A program made the translations under genes and the position numbers. The notes under the pieces are model-generated. The model was given only the letters and a program-made list of their open reading frames with translations. It was not told where the DNA came from and made no database searches. DNA of 64,000 bases from Pseudomonadota bacterium (GTDB lineage Bacteria; Pseudomonadota; Alphaproteobacteria; HIMB59), in assembly GCA_027623775.1 (NCBI GenBank), contig JAQBUY010000001.1, positions 4,781-68,780 on the forward strand. Direction: 5' to 3'. Positions 35,591-45,819 of the stretch are shown here, in pieces; position 1 is the first letter of the stretch; each line of letters opens with the position of its first letter.

Positions 35591-36580
35591 TTAGAAAGTA
35601 TCGTCAAAAGTCAGTGCTCTGTCAGTTGGTTTTTGATATTCTGATACTCTTTTTTCAAAGAAGTTTGTTACTCCCTGTACATCTAAGGCTCTCATAAAGT
35701 CAAAAGGATTTTCAGTATTAAAAACTCTGTCAAATTCAAAAAGATCTGCAATACGATCTGCTACTGCTTCAATATACTGGCACATCATTTCTTTATTCAT
35801 TCCAATAAGATCTACTGGTAATGCATCTTTCACAAACTCTTTTTCAAATTCTACCGCTTCTCTGACAATCTCTTCAAACTCTGATTGAGCTACATTGCCT
35901 GAAATTAAACTTAATTCTCTAACGTCTGAATCTGTCAGCATTCCACTATTATATTTATCTCTAAGGGTTTTATACATGAGGGCGGAGAAACTAAAGTGCA
36001 TACCTTCATCTCTAGCGATCCAATCATTAGATAAAGCTAAACCTGGAAGTAATCCTCTTTTCCTAAAATAATAAATTGCACAAAATGATCCGGCAAAAAA
36101 TAATCCTTCTACTAAACCGAAAGCAATTAATCTCGTTAATAGATTTTGTTTTCCATTAAGCCATTTGGCGACCCATTGTCCTTTGTGATTAATACAAGGC
36201 ACATTTTCAATTGCAGTAAATAATTTTTGTTTTTCTTGGGCGTCTGTTACATATGCTTCAATTTGTAGACCATACATTTCAGCATGAGTTGTTTCATTTG
36301 CCATTTGTACTGTAATAAAACATCTTGCTTCAGGAATAAGAATTTCATTATAAAATCTACTAGCAAGGTTCTCATTGATCATTGCCTCTGAGTTTGCAAA
36401 ATAAGCCAAAACCTGTTTTATAAAATGTTTTTCACCCTCTTTTAATGTTTTCAGATCTCTTAAATCATCTTGAAGAGAGACTTCTTCTGTCGTCCAAAAT
36501 GTTTGAATATGTTGTTTATATCTATCCCAAATATCTTGATGCTTGATTGGAAAAATTGATTTAACGCCTTTGGATATCAT
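35591..36580 (-). CDS. nrdB: Class I ribonucleotide reductase beta subunit, eukaryote-like
   Basis: FWTTEEV, ETTH, VEGLFF, RDEGMH, NFFEKRVSEYQK. Confidence 0.95.
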   Translation of the reverse strand: MISKGVKSIFPIKHQDIWDRYKQHIQTFWTTEEVSLQDDLRDLKTLKEGEKHFIKQVLAYFANSEAMINENLASRFYNEILIPEARCFITVQMANETTHAEMYGLQIEAYVTDAQEKQKLFTAIENVPCINHKGQWVAKWLNGKQNLLTRLIAFGLVEGLFFAGSFCAIYYFRKRGLLPGLALSNDWIARDEGMHFSFSALMYKTLRDKYNSGMLTDSDVRELSLISGNVAQSEFEEIVREAVEFEKEFVKDALPVDLIGMNKEMMCQYIEAVADRIADLFEFDRVFNTENPFDFMRALDVQGVTNFFEKRVSEYQKPTDRALTFDDTF

Positions 36581-36604
36581 TTATTTAAAATCTATTTATT
36601 ACCT

Positions 36605-39355
36605 TTAAGCGCTGCATGTCAAACAATCCTCTGGTTCATTATTTTGGGAAGCTTTTAAGAATTGATCTTTAGCTTGCTTTTCTGAAGAAACAGTGACTTT
36701 CACTGCATCAACGGCTGACCTACTTCTCAAATAATACATTCCTGTTTTTAATCCTTTTTTCCAAGCATACATATGCATAGAATTAACTTTTCCAAAAGTA
36801 GGGCTGGAGAGCCACAAGTTCATGGACTGAGTTTGATCAATAAATGGTGCTCTATCTGCAGCCATATCAATTACTGTTTTTTGAGATGTTTCCCATACAG
36901 TTTTATAAGTCTTTTTAAGATCCTCAGGAAAGTCTGGAATATTTTGCACAGAACCGTTTTCTAAAACAATATTATCTCTCATTTCTTTACCCCACAAACC
37001 TCTCTTAGAAAGTTCTTTCACTAAATGTCTATTAACTAACAAGAATTCCCCTGAAAGGGTTTGTCTTTTATATATATTAGATGTTTGGACTTGGAATGTT
37101 TCTGTATTTCCTAAAATAATACCAGTAGAAGCTGTAGGCATGCATGCGGTTGTAAGGGAATTACGAACCCCATGTTCCATAACTTGTTTTCTTAGCGTTT
37201 CCCAATCCCACATATCTGAAGGAGTTGTATTCCATAAGTCAAATTGGAATTTTCCTTCTGATATTGGTGAACCTTTAAATGTCGAGTAGGGTTCTTTTTC
37301 TTTTGAGAGTTCCATCGAAGATTCAACAGATCCAAAATAAATTGTTTCAAATATTTTGATGTTAATTGCCTTTGCTTTCTCTCCGTCATAAGGAATGCCC
37401 ATTAAGAAAAAGACATCCGCTAAACCTTGAATTCCTAATCCGATTGGTCTATGAAGACTATTTGATCTTCCTGTTTTTTCTGTAGGATAATAATTTATAT
37501 CAATCACTCTATCTAAATTTTTTGTAGCAAGTTTTGCTGTTTTGTAAAGATTTTGGTAATCAAAAGATTTATCTTCTTTGACGAACTTCGGAAGAGCAAT
37601 AGATGCAAGATTACAAACCGCAGTTTCACCTTTTTCTGAATACTCAACAATTTCAGCACAAAGATTAGAAGATTTAATTACTCCGATATTTTTTTGATTT
37701 GATTTTTCATTGACGGCATCTTTGTAAAGCATATATGGCTGTCCAGTTTCGATTTGAGCCTCAATGATTTTAGACATTAGTGTTCTAGCTTTCATTTTAG
37801 TAAGATGAGGTAGTTCATTTTCATACTTTGTGTAAAGCTTGTTAAAGTCATCACCGTAATTATCGGATAAGCCGGGACATTCGTGTTCGCTCATTAAAGT
37901 CCAATCCGCATCATCTTCAACTCTTTGCATAAATAAATCGGGGATCCATAAAGCGTAAAAAAGATCTCTAGCTCTAAACTCTTCAGACCCTGTATTTTTT
38001 CTCAGTTCAAGAAATGCCTCAATATCAGCGTGCCAAGGCTCTAAGTAAATAGCAAAAGAACCTTTTCTTTTTCCACCACCTTGATCAACAGATTTCGCTG
38101 TTTCATTAAATATTTTAAGAAATGGTATAAGCCCATTAGATTTACCATTTGTAGACTTAATTCTACTTCCACCAGCTCGGACATTATGAGCGTGTAAGCC
38201 TATACCGCCTGCAGTTTTAGATATTAAAGCGCAGTCTTTAATTGTATTAAAAATACCTTCAATAGAATCATCTTCCATTGCAATTAAGAAACAAGATGAG
38301 AGTTGCTGCATCTTTAAACCACTATTAAATAAAGTAGGGGTTGCATGAGTATAAAATCCATTAGAAAGCATGTCGTATGTTTTTTTTACTGCATCAAAAT
38401 TAAATTCATCACTTGAAACTGATAAAGCTACTCTCATCCAAAGATCTTGAGGTCTTTCAATTGTTCTATTTTCAAACTGTAGTAAGTAGGCTCTAATCAA
38501 TGTAGTTAAAGCAAAATAATCAAAAAGGTAATCGCGGTCGTAGTCAATCATAGATTCAATGGCTTCAGCATTCTCTTGGATTTTTTTATAATAAGTCTCA
38601 TTTAAAAGACCATCGTTGAAAAGATTTTTGCTTGCAATGACAAATCCTGGAGTTTCTTTGTGAAGAGAATTAGCTTTTATTCTTCCCGCTAAGTAAGAAT
38701 AGTCAGGATGTTCAACTGTTAAGGCCGCAGATGTCTCCGCTAAATAATTATCAATTTCTGTTGTTGTAATGTCATTGTATAATCCCTGAATAGCTTTTTG
38801 TGCAATAATGATAGGATCTATTTCTAAACCAGTCGATAAAACTGAAATTCTATTTGTTATTTTATCTAATGAAACAGCTTCCTGCAGCCCATCTCTTTTC
38901 AATACCATCATGGAAGAAACTCTGATACCGGCTTTTTCTTTTAATTGATCAGTTTTATATCTCTGTGAAGACCTTTGTTCACGGTAGAGAACGTAAGCTC
39001 TTGCAATCTTATGATGTTCTTCTCTCATAAGCGCTAATTCAACTTGATCTTGTATATCTTCAATGTGAATCATGTCGCCATCAGCAATCCTTCTTGTGAG
39101 AGCCGAGGTGACGGTTTCTGATAACTTAACTACATTTTTATCAATTTCTTTATTACTTCTTATGTCTGTTTGAGCTAGAAATGCTTTTCTTATAGCATTG
39201 CCAATTTTATCAGATTTAAAAGGTGTGATTGAGCCATCTCTTCTTACAACGCTAAGGTTAAATAGGTTGATACTATTAGAATTTTCATTATCTTTATTCG
39301 TAATATTAGTGCCAGAGATTTCTTCTCTAGTTTTTAAATTGTTGTTTTTTTCCAT
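36605..39355 (-). CDS. nrdA: Class I ribonucleotide reductase alpha subunit with two ATP cones
   Basis: SSCFL, SNLCAEI, VCNLAS, YYLR, C-terminal CLTCSA; cones begin VVRRDG and VLKRDG. Confidence 0.96.
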   Translation of the reverse strand: MEKNNNLKTREEISGTNITNKDNENSNSINLFNLSVVRRDGSITPFKSDKIGNAIRKAFLAQTDIRSNKEIDKNVVKLSETVTSALTRRIADGDMIHIEDIQDQVELALMREEHHKIARAYVLYREQRSSQRYKTDQLKEKAGIRVSSMMVLKRDGLQEAVSLDKITNRISVLSTGLEIDPIIIAQKAIQGLYNDITTTEIDNYLAETSAALTVEHPDYSYLAGRIKANSLHKETPGFVIASKNLFNDGLLNETYYKKIQENAEAIESMIDYDRDYLFDYFALTTLIRAYLLQFENRTIERPQDLWMRVALSVSSDEFNFDAVKKTYDMLSNGFYTHATPTLFNSGLKMQQLSSCFLIAMEDDSIEGIFNTIKDCALISKTAGGIGLHAHNVRAGGSRIKSTNGKSNGLIPFLKIFNETAKSVDQGGGKRKGSFAIYLEPWHADIEAFLELRKNTGSEEFRARDLFYALWIPDLFMQRVEDDADWTLMSEHECPGLSDNYGDDFNKLYTKYENELPHLTKMKARTLMSKIIEAQIETGQPYMLYKDAVNEKSNQKNIGVIKSSNLCAEIVEYSEKGETAVCNLASIALPKFVKEDKSFDYQNLYKTAKLATKNLDRVIDINYYPTEKTGRSNSLHRPIGLGIQGLADVFFLMGIPYDGEKAKAINIKIFETIYFGSVESSMELSKEKEPYSTFKGSPISEGKFQFDLWNTTPSDMWDWETLRKQVMEHGVRNSLTTACMPTASTGIILGNTETFQVQTSNIYKRQTLSGEFLLVNRHLVKELSKRGLWGKEMRDNIVLENGSVQNIPDFPEDLKKTYKTVWETSQKTVIDMAADRAPFIDQTQSMNLWLSSPTFGKVNSMHMYAWKKGLKTGMYYLRSRSAVDAVKVTVSSEKQAKDQFLKASQNNEPEDCLTCSA

Positions 39356-39390
39356 GGCGCAACCTCAAAATTAATCAAAATAAGCAATAT

Positions 39391-39438
39391 ACACTAGATA
39401 TAGTGTGCTTTGCTTAATGAATATACTACAAGTAGTTT
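39391..39438. promoter_or_regulatory. Tandem NrdR boxes upstream of nrdA
   Basis: ACACTAGATATAGTGT (39391-39406) and ATACTACAAGTAGTTT (39423-39438), 32 bp apart; matches the NrdR consensus and spacing. Confidence 0.85.
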
Positions 39439-39687
39439 TTGTTAGTCAATAGTTAAACCAATTTAATTCTTAAAGTTAAGTTAATTCAAGCAATTAATTA
39501 GAATTATACCCACATGCTCTAGATATTTACTCACAGATTATCGATACCATATTCAACATTTAATTGGGAATTCATAAAAAGAAAGCAATTTATGAAGTAC
39601 TGAATTTGTAGATTCGTAAAATCTTAACATTAAAATGTGACCATATAGATTAATGTAATCTAATAGTGATCTTGATAAGGTTTTCCT

Positions 39688-40641
39688 ATGAAAAAGATAT
39701 TAGGTGTTGGTACTGCTTTGGTTGACATCATTGCGCAAGTAGATGACGAAGTCATCACAAAGTTAGGACTCAATAAGGGATCTATGTCGCTTATTGAGGA
39801 AAGTCAAATTTCTCAAATTAGAGAATATTTTAATAATCCAACAATTACTTCCGGAGGGTCGGTTTGTAATACCATTCATGAATTAAATCACTCTTCTCAT
39901 GAGGCTTCGTTTTTTGGAAAAGTTAATGACGATGATTACGGTCATGCTTTTCTTAAAGACATGGAAGAAGCCAAAATACCTTTCTTGGGGATGAAAGAAA
40001 AAAATTCTTTACCTACAGGGTGTTGTAACATTTTAGTAACTCATGATGGAGAAAGAACTATGGCAACTCACACTGGCATAGGTTCACAACTAAGCATTGG
40101 AGACATAACCAAAGAAAAGTTTCAAGGAATAGATCATGTTTATATGGAAGCTTATTTATGGGACCATGACTTAACTAAAGCGGCATTAAAAAAAGTTGGA
40201 GAATTATCCAAAGAATTAAAATTTGAATTATCCTTTTCTTTATCAGATCCGTTTTGTGTAATGAGAAATAGATTAGAATTAGAAGAGTTTATTTTCAGCA
40301 ATGTTGACTTAGTCTTTTGTAATTTAGAAGAAGCTAAAGAATTTTCTCAATCTGAACATATGTCTGATATTGCTCAGTATTTCCAACATATAAATAAAAA
40401 ATTTGTGATGACCTCAGGAAAAGAGGGCGGTTATTTTTTTCATGAAGGTAATGTCGTTCACGAAACTGCTAAATTAGTCACAAATGTCATTGATACAACC
40501 GGAGCTGGTGATAATTTTGCAGCGGGTTTTTTAGAGAAATATTTACTCGATAGTTCAATCAAAGAATCATTAGAAAATGGTCATCAGAAGGCTTCATTGA
40601 TTATTCAGCAAATAGGACCAAGAATTAAACGTAATCAATAG
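39688..40641 (+). CDS. PfkB-family kinase, adenosine kinase-like
   Basis: SGGSVCNT, DGERTM, SLSDPFCV, DTTGAGDNFAAGF; next to ahcY. Confidence 0.85.
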   Translation: MKKILGVGTALVDIIAQVDDEVITKLGLNKGSMSLIEESQISQIREYFNNPTITSGGSVCNTIHELNHSSHEASFFGKVNDDDYGHAFLKDMEEAKIPFLGMKEKNSLPTGCCNILVTHDGERTMATHTGIGSQLSIGDITKEKFQGIDHVYMEAYLWDHDLTKAALKKVGELSKELKFELSFSLSDPFCVMRNRLELEEFIFSNVDLVFCNLEEAKEFSQSEHMSDIAQYFQHINKKFVMTSGKEGGYFFHEGNVVHETAKLVTNVIDTTGAGDNFAAGFLEKYLLDSSIKESLENGHQKASLIIQQIGPRIKRNQ

Positions 40642-40688
40642 GATAAAAACTACTTGCAGTATAATTTCTTACTATATATCTTTCGTCC

Positions 40689-41972
40689 ATGAGTGATTTT
40701 AAAGTAAAAGATATTTCCCAACATGCATATGGTAGACAAGAAATTGAAATAGCAGAAACTGAAATGCCAGGATTAATGGCTATTCGAAAACAATTTGGCA
40801 AAGCTCAACCTCTTAAAGGGGCTAATATTATGGGTTGCCTACATATGACAATTCAAACAGCAGTTCTCATTGAAACACTAGTAGTTCTCGGAGCAAAATG
40901 CAGATGGAGTTCTTGTAACATTTATTCTACTCAAGACCACGCTGCTGCAGCAATAGCTGAAAGCGGAACTCCGGTTTTTGCCTGGAAAGGTCTTAGTGAA
41001 GAGGAATTTTGGTGGTGTATTGATCAGACGATTGAAGCTGACGGCTGGGTCCCTAATATGATTTTAGACGATGGAGGAGATTTAACTTTAAGAATTCACG
41101 AAAAATATCCTGACCTATTAAAAAATATTAAAGGTTTATCTGAAGAAACTACAACCGGAGTTCATCGTTTAGAGAAGATGGCAGAAAAAGGTGAATTAAA
41201 AGTTCCCGCTATTAATGTCAATGACTCAGTGACTAAAAGTAAATTTGATAATTTATATGGATGTAAAGAAAGTTTAGTAGACGGTATCAGGCGAGGTACG
41301 GATGTGATGATGGCTGGTAAGGTTGCTGTTGTTTGTGGATTTGGTGATGTAGGTAAAGGAAGTGCTGCTAGTCTTCGTGGTGCGGGTGCCAGAGTCCAGG
41401 TTACAGAAATAGATCCTATATGTGCTTTGCAAGCAGCCATGGAAGGTTATGAAGTTGTGACTATGGATGATGCAGCAAAGTATGCTGACATCTTTGTTAC
41501 AGCCACTGGTAATACAGATATTATTACTCAAGATCACATGAGAGACATGAAAGATAGAGCGATCGTTTGTAATATTGGTCACTTTGATAATGAAATTCAA
41601 ATTGAGTCTTTGCAAAATTATAAATGGGAAGAAGTTAAACCTCAAGTTGATCAGGTGACTTTTCCTGATGGAAAAAAATTAATTGTTTTATCTAAAGGAA
41701 GATTAGTTAATTTAGGAAATGCTACAGGACATCCTAGTTTTGTGATGAGTGCTTCTTTTTCAAATCAAGTATTAGCTCAAATAGAGCTATGGGAAAACCA
41801 TAGTAAATATGAAAACAAAGTTTATGTTTTACCGAAAAAATTAGATGAAATGGTGGCTATGTTTCATTTAGAGAAGGTTGGTGCAAAACTTACCGAATTA
41901 ACAAAAGACCAAAGCGATTATCTTGGTTTAGATAAAACGGGTCCTTTTAAAAAAGATACTTATAGGTATTAA
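40689..41972 (+). CDS. ahcY: S-adenosylhomocysteine hydrolase
   Basis: [37 protein letters not shown]. Confidence 0.98.
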   Translation: MSDFKVKDISQHAYGRQEIEIAETEMPGLMAIRKQFGKAQPLKGANIMGCLHMTIQTAVLIETLVVLGAKCRWSSCNIYSTQDHAAAAIAESGTPVFAWKGLSEEEFWWCIDQTIEADGWVPNMILDDGGDLTLRIHEKYPDLLKNIKGLSEETTTGVHRLEKMAEKGELKVPAINVNDSVTKSKFDNLYGCKESLVDGIRRGTDVMMAGKVAVVCGFGDVGKGSAASLRGAGARVQVTEIDPICALQAAMEGYEVVTMDDAAKYADIFVTATGNTDIITQDHMRDMKDRAIVCNIGHFDNEIQIESLQNYKWEEVKPQVDQVTFPDGKKLIVLSKGRLVNLGNATGHPSFVMSASFSNQVLAQIELWENHSKYENKVYVLPKKLDEMVAMFHLEKVGAKLTELTKDQSDYLGLDKTGPFKKDTYRY

Positions 41973-41974
41973 AA

Positions 41975-43147
41975 ATGAAAAGAGATTATATTTTTACTTC
42001 AGAATCAGTTTCCGAGGGACATCCAGATAAAGTATCGGATAGAATCTCAGATATGGTTGTGGACCACTTTATTAGAAAAGATCCTTTTGCGCGTGTAGCT
42101 TGTGAAACTCTTACAACTACTAATAAAGTAGTTTTGGCGGGGGAAGTAAGAGGTCCTGTCGAAGAAGATAAGGAAGAGGTTATCGAAAAAGTCAGAGAAT
42201 GCATTAAAGACATTGGTTATGAGCAAGAAGGTTTTCATTGGAAAAATGCTGAAATTTCCTCTTTTCTTCATGAGCAATCTAGAGATATTGCTATAGGCGT
42301 AGATTCAGGATCAAATAAAGACGAAGGTGCTGGTGATCAAGGAATTATGTTTGGTTATGCTTGTAAGGAAACAGATGATCTTATGCCGGCGCCTATTTAC
42401 TATTCTCACAAAATTTTAGAACTCATGGCACAAGGAAGAAAAGACGGATCCTTAAAAGGTTTAGAGCCAGATTCTAAAAGCCAAGTCTCATTAAAATATG
42501 TAAAAGGAAAACCTCAGTCAGTTACCTCAGTTGTTATTTCAACTCAGCATCAAGAAGGACTGAGCCCACAAGACATTAAAGAGCTAGTTACACCTATTTT
42601 AAAAAAATCTATACCCGCTCACCTTCTAGAAGGTTTAGTGGATGATGAATTTTATGTTAATCCAACTGGTAATTTTGTTATTGGAGGTCCGGATGGGGAC
42701 ACGGGTTTAACTGGAAGAAAAATTATAGTGGATACTTATGGCGGAGCTGCACCACATGGCGGAGGGGCATTTTCAGGAAAAGATCCTACAAAAGTTGATC
42801 GATCAGCAGCTTATGCTGCAAGGTATCTTGCAAAAAATATTGTAGCTGCAGATTTATGTGCTGAATGCACAATTCAATTGTCATATGCAATTGGTGTTTC
42901 TAAGCCATTATCAATTTACGTCAATACAAACGGTACAAATAATATTGATGAAGAAAAAATCGAAAAAATAATTCCTGAATTAATGAATTTAACACCCAAA
43001 GGAATAAGAGAGAAATTACAACTGAATAAACCGATTTACGAAATAACATCAGCCTATGGGCACTTTGGAAGAAAGTATGATTCTCAAAAAGGTTTCTTTT
43101 CTTGGGAAGCTTTAGATTTAGTGGAAGTCCTCAAATTACTAGCTTAA
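41975..43147 (+). CDS. metK: SAM synthetase
   Basis: [25 protein letters not shown]. Confidence 0.98.
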   Translation: MKRDYIFTSESVSEGHPDKVSDRISDMVVDHFIRKDPFARVACETLTTTNKVVLAGEVRGPVEEDKEEVIEKVRECIKDIGYEQEGFHWKNAEISSFLHEQSRDIAIGVDSGSNKDEGAGDQGIMFGYACKETDDLMPAPIYYSHKILELMAQGRKDGSLKGLEPDSKSQVSLKYVKGKPQSVTSVVISTQHQEGLSPQDIKELVTPILKKSIPAHLLEGLVDDEFYVNPTGNFVIGGPDGDTGLTGRKIIVDTYGGAAPHGGGAFSGKDPTKVDRSAAYAARYLAKNIVAADLCAECTIQLSYAIGVSKPLSIYVNTNGTNNIDEEKIEKIIPELMNLTPKGIREKLQLNKPIYEITSAYGHFGRKYDSQKGFFSWEALDLVEVLKLLA

Positions 43148-43606
43148 TTGAGTTTTTCAAAATTAATTCACTCAGAAAAAGAACTTCATAGCCTTGTAGG
43201 GCCTTTATCGAAAGATCTATCAAATGGAGATCTTGTCTTTTTGGAAGGGGATATGGCGTCAGGTAAAACAACTTTGATTAGAGAAATCATATCTTCAGTA
43301 TCCAAAGCAAAAAAAAAATTATTTCATTTTCAAGGAAGTCCCACTTACCAAAGAGCTAATACCTATAATTTTAAGAACTTAAATATATTACATTTTGATC
43401 TGTATAATATTAAAGAAGAAGATCAAAGTGATCTTGAAGATTATATACAAGATCATTGTATTTTAATGGAGTGGCCTCGTAAAAAAATGAAAGAAAAGTA
43501 TCTCCCTGAAGCTTTATTTATATCAATATCAATTAAAAATAATGCTAGAATTTTTAAGTTTCATACTTATAGTCAAAAATGGTTAAAAATAATAAAATTA
43601 ATTTAG
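43148..43606 (+). CDS. tsaE: t6A biosynthesis ATPase TsaE
   Basis: GDMASGKTT, SPTY, HFDLY, MEWP. Confidence 0.88.
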   Translation: MSFSKLIHSEKELHSLVGPLSKDLSNGDLVFLEGDMASGKTTLIREIISSVSKAKKKLFHFQGSPTYQRANTYNFKNLNILHFDLYNIKEEDQSDLEDYIQDHCILMEWPRKKMKEKYLPEALFISISIKNNARIFKFHTYSQKWLKIIKLI

Positions 43607-44550
43607 ATAAAATAAAAAATTATTTTCTGGAAAAAAATATAAAAATACAATCTTTCAAAAAATTTAATTCAGATGCTTCAAATAAAGAATTTAGGTTATA
43701 TGAATCTTTAACTGATAAATATTTAGTACTATCATTTGTCAATCAACCAAAGGATTTCAAAAAATATATCAATGCTACAAAAGCTTTAGAGGTAATCGGG
43801 ATACCGGTACCTGAGATACTTTACTCCAATAATTCAACAGTAAGTGTTGTTATGAATTACCTGCCAAGTAATAATGCTACGCAATATATTAAATCAAGAT
43901 ATCTCAAGACAATTCTTCTTGAGGCTTCAAGTCATTTAGTCAAAATAAAAAATAATCGATCAAAATTTAAAAATACTTCTCTTAGACCTAAAAATGCTTT
44001 AAGTAAAAGTGCTGTTTGGGGAATAAACTTTTATGTTAATCATTATAAAAGAAAAATTGATAGTTATGATTTTATTTTAAATCTTTTATTAAAAAATTTA
44101 AAAAAAACTTTTAAAAAAATCAGTATTTACCAACCAATTTTAACCCATGGAGATTATTTTATTGATAATTTAATTTTTTATAAAAAAAAAGTCTGGGTGA
44201 TCGATCATCAAGATTTAAGTTATGACCATCCTTTACTAGATATTGCCTCTTTAGTATTTGATGCAAGACGAATTTATTCAAAAAAAATGATAAATGATAT
44301 CCTTGATTTCTATCTTAAAAATATTAAGCCTAGTAAAAAGAAAGCTATGATTGATGATATCCATCTTGTTAGTTTAGCGAGAAATTTGAGAATTTTAGGC
44401 GCCTGGATTTATTTAAATAAAAAAGGAAAAACAATTTATTTAAAAAACTTTAAACAAAATACATGGCATCAAATTAATCTACATATCGATCATTTAAAAC
44501 TATATGAGCTGAGAGATTTATTGGGAATTATCCATCAGGAAACACTCTAG
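43579..44550 (+). CDS. amgK: AmgK-like (APH family) sugar phosphotransferase
   Basis: DAS, HGDY..DNL, IDHQD, DIASL..DAR; tsaE-amgK-murU synteny. Confidence 0.7.
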   Translation: MVKNNKINLDKIKNYFLEKNIKIQSFKKFNSDASNKEFRLYESLTDKYLVLSFVNQPKDFKKYINATKALEVIGIPVPEILYSNNSTVSVVMNYLPSNNATQYIKSRYLKTILLEASSHLVKIKNNRSKFKNTSLRPKNALSKSAVWGINFYVNHYKRKIDSYDFILNLLLKNLKKTFKKISIYQPILTHGDYFIDNLIFYKKKVWVIDHQDLSYDHPLLDIASLVFDARRIYSKKMINDILDFYLKNIKPSKKKAMIDDIHLVSLARNLRILGAWIYLNKKGKTIYLKNFKQNTWHQINLHIDHLKLYELRDLLGIIHQETL

Positions 44551-44552
44551 TT

Positions 44553-45206
44553 ATGAATATTTTAATATTAGCTGCAGGTTATGGTAAAAGAATGCAAGAA
44601 CTCACAGAGAATACCCCCAAACCCTTACTGCCATTTAGAAAAAAAAATCTTCTTAGTTATGCACTTGATATGGCTCAAGCCATTCAAGAGGAAAACATTT
44701 ATATTAATGTTCATTATCAATCTGATGAAATTATTCGTTTTGTTCATGAAAATTATCCAAATGTAAAAATTTCAGACGAAACTTCACGAATTCTTGATAC
44801 TGGAGGCGGAGTAAAGAAAATTTTATCAAAAGGTAAGGATCTCTTAATTTTTAATTCAGATAATTATTGGCAGTTAGACTTTCTTAGTGATTTAAAATCG
44901 GGAATAGATTTTTTTAATAAAAAGGCGGAGATCACTAATCTTCTTTTTACAAACTCCAGTAAAGAAATTTTTGATCTGCACCAGAATAATCAAAATCAAT
45001 TAATTCTTTCTTCCGATAATTATAATACGCAGTTTCAAGGATGCCATCTGATAAGAAAAAATTCTCTTAAGAATTATTCAAATGTCTTTCCTTTGCAAGA
45101 TCAGTGGAGGCAGGCCTCAAAAAATCAAACAATATATGGTTTTTCTTGTAGTGCTCATGTTACTCATGTTGGAACAAAGGAATTATATTTGAAACACTCT
45201 GGTTAA
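44553..45206 (+). CDS. murU: MurU-like nucleotidyltransferase
   Basis: LAAGYGKRM..LT...PKPLL, LDTGGGV. Confidence 0.75.
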   Translation: MNILILAAGYGKRMQELTENTPKPLLPFRKKNLLSYALDMAQAIQEENIYINVHYQSDEIIRFVHENYPNVKISDETSRILDTGGGVKKILSKGKDLLIFNSDNYWQLDFLSDLKSGIDFFNKKAEITNLLFTNSSKEIFDLHQNNQNQLILSSDNYNTQFQGCHLIRKNSLKNYSNVFPLQDQWRQASKNQTIYGFSCSAHVTHVGTKELYLKHSG

Positions 45207-45222
45207 TACCTATATTACCCTT

Positions 45223-45543
45223 ATGTCTATTAAACAAATAAGTGACTCTGAATTTAAAGCAGAAGTCATCGATAGTTCAAAACCTGTTCTTGTAGATTTT
45301 TGGGCTGAATGGTGTGGACCTTGTAAAACTCTAGGCCCTATCCTTGAAAAATTATCTAGTGAACTTGAAGGTCAGGTAGAAATTAAAAAAATTAATATTG
45401 ATGAAAATCCTGAATCACCTACAAACTTTGGAATAAGAAGTATTCCAACAATGATCCTTTTTAAGGATGGAAAAATTCTTGACTCTAAAATAGGTGTTAG
45501 TGGTGAAGAAGATATTAAAAATTGGATTTCCAGTAAAGTTTAA
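45223..45543 (+). CDS. trxA: Thioredoxin
   Basis: DFWAEWCGPCK. Confidence 0.97.
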   Translation: MSIKQISDSEFKAEVIDSSKPVLVDFWAEWCGPCKTLGPILEKLSSELEGQVEIKKINIDENPESPTNFGIRSIPTMILFKDGKILDSKIGVSGEEDIKNWISSKV

Positions 45544-45549
45544 GTAATT

Positions 45550-45819
45550 ATGTCTGAATTATCAATTGACCTAATCTGGGAGTTGGATAAAGGTGAGATG
45601 AACCCAGGTAAGTACTCTAACGTTCATCAAGTGATCTTTACACCTGAACATAAAATTATTTCTGATTCTGCTCCAGATTGGGGAGGGAGTGTTTCGAGCA
45701 CTAACCCTGAACAAACATTAGCAGCATTTCTTAGCAGTTGTCATATGATGACTTTTTTGGCTTTAGCAGCAAAAATGAAATGGCCAAAAAGATTTAACTT
45801 TTTATGGTTCTACATTTAA
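45550..45819 (+). pseudogene. OsmC-family protein, 3'-truncated
   Basis: NPEQTLAA.LSSCHMMTFL; family-like sequence stops at MKWP (about 45786) and the second half is absent. Confidence 0.7.

Noticed and set aside
34788-39355. Prophage or viral insertion carrying the RNR genes
   Set aside because: No integrase, structural genes or att repeats seen; host-type NrdR boxes present
39470-39484. CtrA-like TTAA-N7-TTAA site
   Set aside because: Too likely by chance in such AT-rich DNA
40642-41974. SAM or SAH riboswitch before ahcY or metK
   Set aside because: Gaps are 47 bp and 2 bp with no recognisable motif; ahcY looks leaderless
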